Notes under the pieces: generated by a model
What the model was told of the DNA's origin: nothing
The model's database searches: none
The model's input: the letters and a program-made list of their open reading frames with translations, nothing else
Shown here: positions 44,914-56,193 of the stretch, in pieces
Layout: the number at the start of each line of letters is the position of its first letter
Position numbering within the stretch: position 1 is the first letter of the stretch
Translations under genes and position numbers: made by a program
Assembly (NCBI RefSeq): GCF_001194135.2
Contig: NC_069010.1
Coordinates: forward strand, 7,246,427-7,302,619
DNA length: 56,193 bases
Reading direction: 5' to 3'
Origin: Octopus bimaculoides
Lineage: Eukaryota

Positions 44914-46948
44914 CATTATTATTATTATTATTATTATTACTACTACTACTACTGTTTTGGGGGCCTCTTTAAAAAAAAAAAGAGAAATAATTGTTGTAAC
45001 TTTTTTTTTTTTTTTCCTTTGAAAACGAGGAAGTTAAATATATAAATATATATGTACACATACACCACAAACACACATGTCTTTTTATTGAATTGAAGAA
45101 ACTTGCCTCCAAAACAGCTAAGAAGAAAAAAAAAAACACAGATACCAAAGGAAGGAAACTTGCGGTTGTTTACATTGGCAAAACTTGCTTCATCGTTGTC
45201 TGAATTTGTTGACTTTAGGTTAAAGTCTTTTTGTATACTTTTGGTTCTTAGGATCATAAAAATATTGCAGAATGAAAAGAAGTTTTGAATATTCTATTGC
45301 TCTTGGTGAACTTATTCATAGTTGATTATATATATCTATAGATATATAATGTATATATCTATATGTACGTACAGAAAAGCAAGTACAAATGTGGTTTTAT
45401 TTGTTTTTGCTCTTTAAATTTGTATATAGATGTGCGAGTCTGTCTATATATATGTGTGTGTGTGTATGTGTATACATATATGCTTTTATATATATGTTTA
45501 TGTTTTTCCCATACATGTATATGCACACACACACACACACACACTCACACTGTTGTCCATTCTTACACATAACTATACTCCCACACCACATACACACACA
45601 CACACACATCCACATATATTATTCCTTATTCATATTTATATATTTAGAGTTAATGAAATTAGCTGTATGAAGTGTGCTGAAAGCCTTGTCTTAGGTAACT
45701 AGTTTGTTCTGATTTCTGCGATTTTACACAGCACGCTCTGTGCCAATTCTTTTTTTTTTTTGTTATTTTTTTTTTTTTTCTTACCATATACATGTTCACT
45801 TCGGTCTTCTTTGAGTAAGATCTTAAGGCCAAAATCTAGGTGTGTATGTTTGAGTACGTGCTGGTTCTATACATGTATATATGTGTGTATATGACTTTGC
45901 GTGTGTGTGTATGTGGGTGTGGGTGTGTCTGTTGTGTTGTGTTTTTTTTTTTTTTTTTTTTTTTTNNNNNNNNNNNNNNNNNNNNNNNNNNNNNNNNNNN
46001 NNNNNNNNNNNNNNNNNNNNNNNNNNNNNNNNNNNNNNNNNNNNNNNNNNNNNNNNNNNNNNNNNNNNNNNNNNNNNNNNNNNNNNNNNNNNNNNNNNNN
46101 NNNNNNNNNNNNNNNNNNNNNNNNNNNNNNNNNNNNNNNNNNNNNNNNNNNNNNNNNNNNNNNNNNNNNNNNNNNNNNNNNNNNNNNNNNNNNNNNNNNN
46201 NNNNNNNNNNNNNNNNNNNNNNNNNNNNNNNNNNNNNNNNNNNNNNNNNNNNNNNNNNNNNNNNNNNNNNNNNNNNNNNNNNNNNNNNNNNNNNNNNNNN
46301 NNNNNNNNNNNNNNNNNNNNNNNNNNNNNNNNNNNNNNNNNNNNNNNNNNNNNNNNNNNNNNNNNNNNNNNNNNNNNNNNNNNNNNNNNNNNNNNNNNNN
46401 NNNNNNNNNNNNNNNNNNNNNNNNNNNNNNNNNNNNNNNNNNNNNNNNNNNNNNNNNNNNNNNNNNNNNNNNNNNNNNNNNNNNNNNNNNNNNNNNNNNN
46501 NNNNNNNNNNNNNNNNNNNNNNNNNNNNNNNNNNNNNNNNNNNNNNNNNNNNNNNNNNNNNNNNNNNNNNNNNNNNNNNNNNNNNNNNNNNNNNNNNNNN
46601 NNNNNNNNNNNNNNNNNNNNNNNNNNNNNNNNNNNNNNNNNNNNNNNNNNNNNNNNNNNNNNNNNNNNNNNNNNNNNNNNNNNNNNNNNNNNNNNNNNNN
46701 NNNNNNTTCTTAAAAATTTCAATTGTAAATATTTTCTTTTTATCAGAATGTGGTTTTTGAAATTCCTTTTATTAGTGAAGATTTCAACGACACCATTCAA
46801 TTTTTATTCTAAACGAGATAAAAGTTGTCTCACATTTTTCTCTGTCTTCCTTTTCTTTGCTGCTTCCTTCCCATTTAGTATTTTCTTTCTCTATCCTCAT
46901 ACACTTTTCCTCTCTCCCTCTTATCATCGATTTCTTTCCTTGCAGTAC

Positions 46949-46990
<42 letters not shown>

Positions 46991-47724
46991 GCCTCTATTC
47001 TTCTTAGTCTTTCACTTCTATCCCTATACCTTTTCCTCTCACTCATCCTCATTGTTGTGATTTTGAGCATCTTACTCCGGTTAAATATTTTGACCAGATG
47101 TGGCTGGTTTAAATGCTAAAGAGTTAATTCAAGCAATTAAACTTGCAGCAAAGTGCCACCTAGTGGTGGATTTGTAGCTAGTAATCTCACCAGTGTCTCT
47201 CAGTCTCCATTCTCATCATTTTCATCATTATTTTTTTACTGTAACTGTTATTGGACCAAGCTCTATTTAATTAGGTCTCTTGAAATTTCTGGTTTCAAGC
47301 CCTGCTGAAGTTGACCTTATCCCTTCATCCTTCCAGAGGTGTTTGACCCAGTCAGACACTGGGGTCAGAGTTATTTAAACTTTGCCTTCCTCCATTTCTG
47401 GATCCATAAAATAAGTACCAGTTCAGTAACAGGTACTAGATTTCGATATAATGAACTAGCCCTGCCAAAGGACAAAAAATTTTTTAAAAAAATAAATAAA
47501 AAGAAATTAAAACTGCTGGCCTTGTGCCAATATTTAAACCACTATTATTATTATTATTATTATTATTGTTATAAATTCCGCTGGAGTGGTCTTTGACTTT
47601 CACCCCTTTTGGGGTTGATAAAATATGTACCAGCTGCACATTGGGGGTCAGTGTCATCAACTAATCCCCTCCCCCCCCCAAAAAAAAAATTTCAGGCTTT
47701 GTGCTTCTAGCAGAAAGGATTATG

Positions 47725-47757
<33 letters not shown>

Positions 47758-48241
47758 GCACCATTGTTGTATAGCAAAGCTATCTGAAAATTTCTCTTTT
47801 ATCCCAGTTGCATTTTTTTATACTACTGAGTAACCATGAAAGTTTTGGTGACTCAGCATGATTTTTTTTTGCAAATTACTTTAAAAACAAATGTGTGTGT
47901 ATGTATGTATGTATATATAGATATCTATCTATCTATATATATATATATATGTATATATAAATGTATGTGCATGCATACACTCATTCAAGAATATTGTAAA
48001 TTTGAAACTGAAGAGCATAAGTTCCCTTTCTCTCTTGTTATTCCTTTGAAAAGGGCTTTTTTACCCAAAATATCAGGACTAAAATATTTCTATTCCAACA
48101 CTTCATTATCGTTTTTATTGTTATTATTGGTGTTTAATGTTCCAACTATATTGCCATTGTTATTTGTTTTCTTCCATAACACACTATTTACATATATATT
48201 TATATATTTGTATTATATTTTGTGTGAGTCTGCTCACGAGC

Positions 48242-48274
<33 letters not shown>

Positions 48275-48414
48275 TTGGATGTAGAAGCCGGAGAAAGTGT
48301 ACTCAATCCATGTAGTAGAGTATATTAGTTCAAAGTTAATTGTTTCACTCTGTATTCGCCCTTGTCAGAGCTTGTTGTTATGTATATTCATTCAGGTGAC
48401 AAGAAGATATATAT

Positions 48415-48520
<106 letters not shown>

Positions 48521-48899
48521 GTATGTATCATCGTCGTCGTTTAACATCCGCTTATATATATATAATATAGATAAAACTTTCTTGGAAATAGATGCGTAAG
48601 TCTTGAAACAAGTGGGTGGAGGTAATTTTTAATGATGTTCAAAGGCAAAGGTTTCATTGCTGTTGAAGCATTCATCAGCATTTGGTCATCTCTTGCCCTA
48701 TTTTGTTGATATTTGCAGATTACAGTTACTTAAGGAAATGTAAACTGTGTCTCACCACAAATACAGTATTGACTTGTTTAGGACCGAAAGAATATATAGT
48801 TATGTCCAGGTGAAGTTGGTCCCTCAAGGGCCTTTGTGTGGTAGCTGAGGGGTGAAGGATTGACTGAATGGGTTTCATTGTTAAAAATTCATCAGTGTT

Positions 48900-50540
48900 T
48901 GCTCTGTGATTGATATTAGCATGACTGATGACCTGTATGGTGACTGATGACCTGTAAAATGAAGAAGAGTTGCACTTGGTCAATCTCACTCTCTCGTCCA
49001 CAACTGTCTTCAAATCCTGTGGCAAGACCAGGTCAAGATAACAGGGGATGGAGACGGCTGCAGCAGATGACCAAGATGTCTTACTTTCTTCATCTTGATC
49101 TCTGCATCCCACAATGCATTGCTGTTTCCCCCCCCCCTTCCCTTCCCTTTTGTTGAACCATAAAGGTTTCTTCTGCAGGGCCCACTGGACCTAGTCTTCA
49201 CATGCATAGGTCAGCGACCCCTAATATGCTGATTACAATATAACTGTGATGTAGTAGAGCAGACCTCATCACTATCTGACTGACCTCTCAGCGTCCAAAC
49301 TACCATAGTAAGCATTTAGGCCAAATCTCTAGTTTTTATTCATTCTGGCATCATCGCGTTTGTCAGTCGGAGCCACAAGGACCATCGAGTCATCCCGGAG
49401 ATGACCGATGACTTGTATGGTGATTGTGTTTCCGGTGATAAAGAGTTGCATGTACTCAACCTCAACCATGTCAAGATGTCTTGTGATGGAGACAGATGCA
49501 GGGGACAACCAAGATGTCTCACTTTATCTTGCATCTCACAATGCGTTGCAGCTTCCACCCTCCCTTCAGTTGAACAACGAAGGTTTCTTCTGTAGAATCC
49601 ACCAGACCCAGTCTTCTCGTGCATAGGTAGGCAAGCCCTAGTATTCTAATTAACCCATAGCTTTCTAGTCAGTGACCATCTTCAACCTAGAGGGCAAGAC
49701 AAGCCCTAGTATTCTAATTAACCCATAGCTTTCTAGTCAGTGACCATCTTCAACCTAGAGGGCAAGACAAGCTNNNNNNNNNNNNNNNNNNNNNNNNNNN
49801 NNNNNNNNNNNNNNNNNNNNNNNNNNNNNNNNNNNNNNNNNNNNNNNNNNNNNNNNNNNNNNNNNNNNNNNNNNNNNNNNNNNNNNNNNNNNNNNNNNNN
49901 NNNNNNNNNNNNNNNNNNNNNNNNNNNNNNNNNNNNNNNNNNNNNNNNNNNNNNNNNNNNNNNNNNNNNNNNNNNNNNNNNNNNNNNNNNNNNNNNNNNN
50001 NNNNNNNNNNNNNNNNNNNNNNNNNNNNNNNNNNNNNNNNNNNNNNNNNNNNNNNNNNNNNNNNNNNNNNNNNNNNNNNNNNNNNNNNNNNNNNNNNNNN
50101 NNNNNNNNNNNNNNNNNNNNNNNNNNNNNNNNNNNNNNNNNNNNNNNNNNNNNNNNNNNNNNNNNNNNNNNNNNNNNNNNNNNNNNNNNNNNNNNNNNNN
50201 NNNNNNNNNNNNNNNNNNGCAAGCCCTAGTATTCTAATTAACCCATAGCTTTCTAGTCAGTGACCATCTTCAACCTAGAGGGCAAGACAAGCCCTAGTAT
50301 TCTAATTAACCCATAGCTTTCTAGTCAGTGACCATCTTCAACCTAGAGGGCAAGACAAGCTTAAGATGACTGGAGATGGAGACAGATGCAGTGTGGACGA
50401 CCCAAGTTGCCTTACTTTCTTCATCTTGCTCTCTCTTGCATTGGACGATGTGTTGTTGCAGCTACCTTCCTCTCTGTTGAACAATGAAGATTTCTTCTGC
50501 AGAATTTGCTGGACCCAGTCTCACATGCATAGGAAGACAA
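48900..50540 (-). mobile_element. Three diverged copies of a degenerate LINE-like block; related fragment at about 600-790
   Basis: GATGGAGAC.GATGCAG...CAAGATGTCTTACTTTCTTCATCTTG...CACAATGCATTG...GGACCCAGTC recurs at about 49030, 49470, 50365. Family assignment uncertain. Confidence 0.5.
49632..50361 (+). repeat. 68-bp tandem array across an N-gap
   Basis: Identical unit CAAGCCCTAGTATTCTAATTAACCCATAGC...GAGGGCAAGA at 49632, 49700 and again after the gap. Confidence 0.9.
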
Positions 50541-50710
50541 GCCCTATTTAACCCAATTTTGCTGGACCCAGTCTCACATGCATAGGAAGACAAGCCNNNN
50601 NNNNNNATTTGCTGGACCCAGTCTCACATGCATAGGAAGACAAGCCCTATTTAACCCAATTTTGCTGGACCCAGTCTCACATGCATAGGAAGACAAACCC
50701 TATTTAACCC
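50503..50710 (+). repeat. 53-bp tandem array, 4 units
   Basis: GGACCCAGTCTCACATGCATAGGAAGACAAGCCCTATTTAACCCAATTTTGCT anchors at 50511, 50564, 50614, 50667. Confidence 0.9.
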
Positions 50711-50897
50711 AGAGTTGGAACTTCAACAGGTGCTACTACTCAGGGTCAGAGTAGACCTAGGAGCATTAGCGATTAAGAAGTGGTTTCACAGTCTTCAAGA
50801 TCCTAAAAACTCTGAACCGGGTCCCCTCTAAAGTCATACCCAGGACACAATGGATATATAAATGTGATATAGTTGATGGATATTTAAATATTAAACA

Positions 50898-51095
50898 TGT
50901 ATACACCCTTGGCGCCAACATGGCTGTTGGCTCACAATGGGCTCGTATGTCCTTTGACTCCCGCAGAGTGTATACAATACCCTCTACATCTGACAAGCCA
51001 GGTGGGGGAGCCAGTTTTGTCGCTGACCACCCGATCGCGAAACAGGGAGTACCAAGTTATGTGTTTCCAGTAACAGGATTTTCTTGGCCACAGTG
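50898..51095 (+). ncRNA. GC-rich structured island ending hairpin-ACA-NNN; candidate H/ACA-like RNA or TE fragment
   Basis: Stems TGTATACAC/GTGTATACA, GCCAACA/TGTTGGC, GGTGG/CCACC and CCAAG/CTTGG; ACA at 51090-51092. Confidence 0.3.
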
Positions 51096-52684
51096 TTATT
51101 AAAATTATTTAATTATTTGTTACTTGGAAACCAAAATACTATTGAGGTAATTCTCATCATCATCATCATCATCGTTGCCATCATTATGAACCTTGGCACA
51201 TTGCTGTTGTGAGTCCTAGGACGCAGAAGGGCTTTACCCAATTTCCACGGCATATAAATGACTTGAGATAACATTCTACCGGAACAGGAGGCCAATCTGT
51301 TGCAGGGTTAATGATTCTCATTGAAAGCGGGGACTGAAGCAATGTGGAATGAAGTGTTTTGCTCAAGAACACGACACTACCTGCTCCACAAATTGAAACC
51401 ATGATCTTGCGGTTGGGAATGCCCCACCCTAACCACTAGGCCATATGACCAGTGAAATCCTGGGGCGTATTAAATTAATTCCATCTCATACTTTGTGATA
51501 CCAACTACATGCTTACACATTTCCTCTGTTTTTTCAAGAGGATCAGTTTAATAAATGCAAGATCTTGTGTTTACCTTAGCAACAGTTATTTATAGTTTGC
51601 GTTGGTACATGAATAATTTCTATTCTTACATCAAAAAGAAGTTAGGTATGTCATAGGTGGGTGGGACATGTGCCCAATTTATTAAATACTGTGTGACATT
51701 GTCCTAATAATCTTTATAGAGTTTAATATTGTAATTTTTGGGACATGCATATGGCCATCTTCATTGGTTATATGTCAGTGTCTTTTAAGTAATGGTTAAT
51801 CAGCACTATCATGACTTTGTTAACTTCTTTCTTCCAGCCCTTGAAGAAAGGTTTCATACTCTAAGTCAATTTAATATTCTGCTTTTTCATCTCCATTTCT
51901 TTCTACTCTGGTGTCATAGATATACCATGTCACTTGTAATACATAGTTCCCCCCCCCCCATCAACAACTACAATATCTGGTTTGTTGTGTTCTTTTCAGT
52001 TGATATAGGAATTTTGCTCAATAACCACATTACATCTTTTTCAAGGACTTGTATTTCTATTCCTTACAAAANNNNNNNNNNNNNNNNNNNNNNNNNNNNN
52101 NNNNNNNNNNNNNNNNNNNNNNNNNNNNNNNNNNNNNNNNNNNNNNNNNNNNNNNNNNNNNNNNNNNNNNNNNNNNNNNNNNNNNNNNNNNNNNNNNNNN
52201 NNNNNNNNNNNNNNNNNNNNNNNNNNNNNNNNNNNNNNNNNNNNNNNNNNNNNNNNNNNNNNNNNNNNNNNNNNNNNNNNNNNNNNNNNNNNNNNNNNNN
52301 NNNNNNNNNNNNNNNNNNNNNNNNNNNNNNNNNNNNNNNNNNNNNNNNNNNNNNNNNNNNNNNNNNNNNNNNNNNNNNNNNNNNNNNNNNNNNNNNNNNN
52401 NNNNNNNNNNNNNNNNNNNNNNNNNNNNNNNNNNNNNNNNNNNNNNNNNNNNNNNNNNNNNNNNNNNNNNNNNNNNNNNNNNNNNNNNNNNNNNNNNNNN
52501 NNNNNNNNNNNNNNNNNNNNNNNNNNNNNNNNNNNNNNNNNNNNNNNNNNNNNNNNNNNNNNNNNNNNNNNNNNNNNNNNNNNNNNNGAAACACTGGGGT
52601 TTGATGTAATCGACTTGTCCCCTTCTCCTGAATTTCAGGCCTTGTGTGTTTAGGAGAAAGGATTATTATTATTATTATTAATGA

Positions 52685-52884
52685 GGTGGCGAGCTGGCAG
52701 AATCGTTAACACCCCGGACAAAATGCTTAGCATTTTTACGTTCTGAGTTCAAATTCTGCCGAGGTCGACTTTGCCTTTCATCCTTTCGGGGTCGATAAAT
52801 TAAGTACCAGTGGAACACTGGAATCGATTTAATCAACCAGTCCCCTCCCCCAAAATTTCAGGCCTTGTGCCTATAGTAGAAAGG

Positions 52885-52890
<6 letters not shown>
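52685..52890 (+). mobile_element. tRNA-derived SINE, family B (GGTGGCGAGCTGGCAGAATCGTT...GCCTTTCATCCTTTCGGGGTCGATAAA...TACCAG, (ATT)n tail)
   Basis: Copies at about 3010-3220, 19520-19810, 34340-34560, 39300-39500, 43890-43970, 44290-44500, 53930-54370 (+) and 5526-5924 (-, with internal duplication). Confidence 0.85.
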
Positions 52891-52931
<41 letters not shown>

Positions 52932-53818
52932 GAGTTTTTCTTCTTTCAATTTTGTTTCCATTTCTTGCCGAGTGTCTTTCCAACACCTAGGACAAAAATG
53001 CTCACTGTATATACATTGATAGGCCATTAAAATAAACACTGATTGTTCATTTACAAAGTCGAGTTATGTGATAGAAAAAGAAGGGCAAAAAGAAAGAAAG
53101 GAACAAACAAAAAAATAAAATAAAAAATATTGTTATTATTATTATTATTATTATTATTGGATTTTTCACAGAATCATTGTAGCCTGAAATGAGATGCCTT
53201 GCAGCATTTCTCTTCAGGTTTTTTTGCATTCTGAGTTCAAATTCCACTCTGGTCAACTTTAGCTTCCACCTTCCCCCCTCTAGGGGTCAAGGAAAATAAA
53301 GTAGAAGTCGAGTACGGGAGTTGGTGGCATCAACTAACCCTCTCCCTTCCGAAAATTGGAGGCCCTGTGTAACTAAATTACTAACAATTGTGTTATTCAT
53401 TGTGCTATATAAAATGCTTTACCTTTGCTAGCATTTCTTTTCAGAAACTATGTTGAAACACAGACACACACACACACGCATATATATATACACATATATA
53501 CATATATATATATATGTACATTTTTATAAGTATTTGACAAAAATTACATCATATTATTATTATTATTATTANNNNNNNNNNNNNNNNNNNNNNNNNNNNN
53601 NNNNNNNNNNNNNNNNNNNNNNNNNNNNNNNNNNNNNNNNNNNNNNNNNNNNNNNNNNNNNNNNNNNNNNNNNNNNNNNNNNNNNNNNNNNNNNNNNNNN
53701 NNNNNNNNNNNNNNNNNNNNNNNNNNNNNNNNNNNNNNNNNNNNNNNNNNNNNNNNNNNNNNNNNNNNNNNNNNNNNNNNNNNNNNNNNNNNNNNNNNNN
53801 NNNNNNNNNNNNNNNNNN

Positions 53819-53856
<38 letters not shown>

Positions 53857-54650
53857 TATATATATATGTACATTTTTATAAGTATTTGACAAAAATTACA
53901 TCATATTATTATTATTATTATTATTAAGGTGGCATGCTGGCAGAATCGTTAGCACACCGAGCAAAATGCTTAGCGGCATTTCATCTGTCCTTTCATTCCG
54001 TTCTGAGTTCAAATTCTGCTGAGGTTGACTTCGCCTTTCATCGTTATGGGGGGGGTCGATGAAATAAGTACCAGTGAGATATTGGGGTCAATGTAATTGA
54101 TTAGCCCCCTCCTTCCACCCAAATTTTGCGCCTTGTGCCTCTAGTAGAAAGGATTATTAAGGCAGCAAGCCAGCAGAATCATTGGCACACTCAGCAAAAT
54201 GCTCAATAGCATTTTATCTGTCTACATTCTTAGTTCAGTTTCACCAATGTTGACTTTGCCTTTCATCTTCACAGGGTCAATAAAACAAGTACCGTTTGAA
54301 TACTGGGGGTTGATGCAGATGACTTGCCCCATCCCATGAATTTGCTGGTGTTGTGCCCAAATTTCTAAACATTATTATTATTATTATTATTATTATTAAT
54401 TTATAAAGATTGATGTAACTCTTCACAAAGGTAAACAGAGAATAAGAAGAGAATGATGTGCGAATTGTTATAGATTGTTTGTTACGTAATGGTTTGAACA
54501 ATATTTCAACAGGACGTCTGTCTGTCTGTCTTCAGGTTCAAAATGTAAAACTAAAAAAAAAATAAATAAATAAAATAAAAATGCAGAGATTCGGAAATTC
54601 AAAATACAAACAAGGAAATGGTAACAGGAAAAAAAAAAAGAAAAAACATA

Positions 54651-54813
54651 GGCGCAGGAGTGGCTGTGTGGTAAGTAGCTTGCTTACCAACCACATGGTT
54701 CCGGGTTCAGTCCCACTGCGTGGGACCTTGGGCAAATGTCTTCTATTATAGCCTTGGGCCGACCAAAGCCTTGTAAGTGGATTTGGTAGATGGAAACTAA
54801 AAGAAACCCGTCG

Positions 54814-54846
<33 letters not shown>

Positions 54847-55075
54847 GTGTTTGTGTGTCTGTGTTTGTCCCTCCCGCCATCGCTTGACAACCGATACTGG
54901 CATGTTTACATCCCCCGTAACTCAGCAGTTCGGCAAAAAGAGACCAATAGAATAAGTACTAGGCTTACAAAGAATAAGTGCTGGGGTTGATTTGCTCAAC
55001 TAAAAGGCGGTGCTCCAGCATGGCCGCAGTCAAATGACTGAAACAAGTAAAAGAGTAAAAGAGAGAAAAGAGTAA
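54651..55075 (+). mobile_element. Full-length tRNA-derived SINE, family A (head GGCGCAGGAGTGGCTGTGTGGTAAG, central (TA)n, tail ...GACTGAAACAAGTAAAAGAG)
   Basis: Pol III A box TGGCTGTGTGGTAA and B box GGTTCAGTCCC. Other copies at about 968-1100, 1402-1555, 1610-1695, 18200-18450, 33499-34050 (+) and 7600-8140, 9895-10140, 10805-10925, 17395-17900, 26310-26590, 30630-30930, 31000-31400, 40200-40315 (-). Confidence 0.9.
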
Positions 55076-55282
55076 TATAGGGAAACTAATGAATCTCATT
55101 TTGGTAAATAGGGGAACGCAGGATTCCCCTGGTTATATTTTGAATTTCTGTGTTTCTGCCGGTTTAATTTTCCATTTTACATTTTGAACCTGAAGGAAAG
55201 AACCGCCGATCTGTTGAAATATCATTCAAGCTGTTAAAAAAACAATGTATTACAAATTGCATCACGTTCTTCTTATTGTCTA

Positions 55283-55316
<34 letters not shown>

Positions 55317-56193
55317 GTCCATCACTATTGTATTGTTTTTCTCTTTGGCAAGTTTCTGTTGTGGGACATAGCCACGTTGGGGGGTACCACTTCATACTTT
55401 TTTTTTTCTTTCTTTTTTACAAAACTAAACTCCACCCACTGAATATATAATATTAAAAAAAACCCAAAAGAAACAAAAACAAGATTGCGGTTATTTTAAG
55501 ACCTATCAAAAACCTCATAAGATCAAAAATCTGAATATGTTTAATTCACCCAAGAGCATAGAAATTTATTCAAAATTTTTCTTTTTTAAGTTTTTTTTTT
55601 TTTTCTTTTAAAAGGCTATTTTACTTGGTGCATTGTTTTTCAAGTTTTTATGTTAGGGAATTTTTTATTTGGTTTTTATCACTCTTCTATAATTTCTTGA
55701 CTTCAGGTGCTCAACCTGCCCATGCATTCGCATACATTTATCCATAGATGTGTGTGTATGTATGTGTGCATGTGAGTGTGGTTGCATCTCTGTATGTTTA
55801 CGGACACATATACATATTGCAAATACACACACAAATATATAAAGATGCTCGTATATATAGACATACACATACATAATGAATGAATGGGCATATATTTTAT
55901 ATACATATGTATGTATATATGTATGTGTGTGCGTGTGTGTGTATATGTATATATATTTGTATATACATACATACATAGATGTATGTTTAGTGTGTGTATC
56001 AGACAAGCGATTGGAAAAATTTTGGGGTATTATTTATTTTCCATTACACATGTTTCATTTCCTAATAGGAGTTACAAAAGTGTACATATAGTAAAAACAT
56101 GTAAGACATTTATAAGAAATTCATCAGACAGAGAATCAAAACAATACAAATGTGTGTGTGTGTACGTATATATATATATATATATATATATAT

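Noticed and set aside
44949-45288. ORFs of 102 aa (-) and 61 aa (+) in unique sequence
   Set aside because: No recognisable domain, they run into homopolymer tracts and lack convincing splice sites.
45650-45715. Possible C/D-box snoRNA (two CTGA boxes)
   Set aside because: No acceptable RTGATGA C box or terminal stem; the apparent antisense element is a short palindrome.
49632-50710. CRISPR-like array
   Set aside because: Units are contiguous and identical with no unique spacers; eukaryotic context and no cas genes.
51000-51070. HDV-like or hammerhead ribozyme within the 50.9-kb island
   Set aside because: P1 is only 5 bp with no P1.1 GG for HDV; there is no CTGANGA with a matching helix I for a hammerhead.
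50700-51095. Telomerase RNA upstream of the ACA hairpin
   Set aside because: No CTAACCCTAA-type template found upstream.
51838-51850. 13-nt micro-exon after ttccag
   Set aside because: Donor GTTTCA is poor and the length would shift the frame; no bromodomain match.
53500-53925. Duplication of about 70 bp on both sides of gap 53572-53818
   Set aside because: Identical sequence flanking a gap is typical of overlapping contig ends, an assembly artefact.
54651-54725. tRNA genes at SINE heads (also 1940-2015, 52685-52770)
   Set aside because: A and B boxes are present but there is no complete cloverleaf, and each continues into a repeated SINE body.

Overview
Eukaryotic (animal) genomic DNA, AT-rich, with about 20 N-gaps and dense microsatellites and SINEs. 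The repeat families look octopus/coleoid cephalopod; that assignment is my inference. Two spliced genes lie head-to-head. ARIH2 (ariadne-2 RBR E3 ligase) is on the minus strand: 7 consecutive coding exons at 10617->864 encode part of the UBA-like region, RING1, IBR and the start of RING2/Rcat with the catalytic NGGCNHM Cys. Its first coding exon is not visible (probably in a gap) and its 3' exons lie left of the window. PBRM1 (polybromo/BAF180) is on the plus strand: ATG at 31628 and 5 coding exons to 37363 cover bromodomain 1, a greatly expanded low-complexity linker and most of bromodomain 2. No later exon is visible, so the gene continues in gaps or beyond the window. All exon boundaries are GT-AG and phase-consistent, except that frame cannot be checked across the N-gap inside the long PBRM1 exon. 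The rest is three main SINE families, RTE and R4/Dong LINE fragments, piggyBac-, hAT- and mariner-type MITEs, a Helentron-like element, Penelope-type hammerhead motifs and several minisatellite arrays. Best leads: a diverged tandem pair of structure-conserved H/ACA-like RNAs in a PBRM1 intron (42.2-42.8 kb), a second structured ACA-ending island (50.9-51.1 kb), the roughly 250-aa PBRM1 BD1-BD2 insertion, a near-perfect 97-bp hairpin and a DR1-motif array. No prokaryotic-type system (CRISPR, operon) is present. Repeat coordinates are approximate; exon coordinates were counted base by base.
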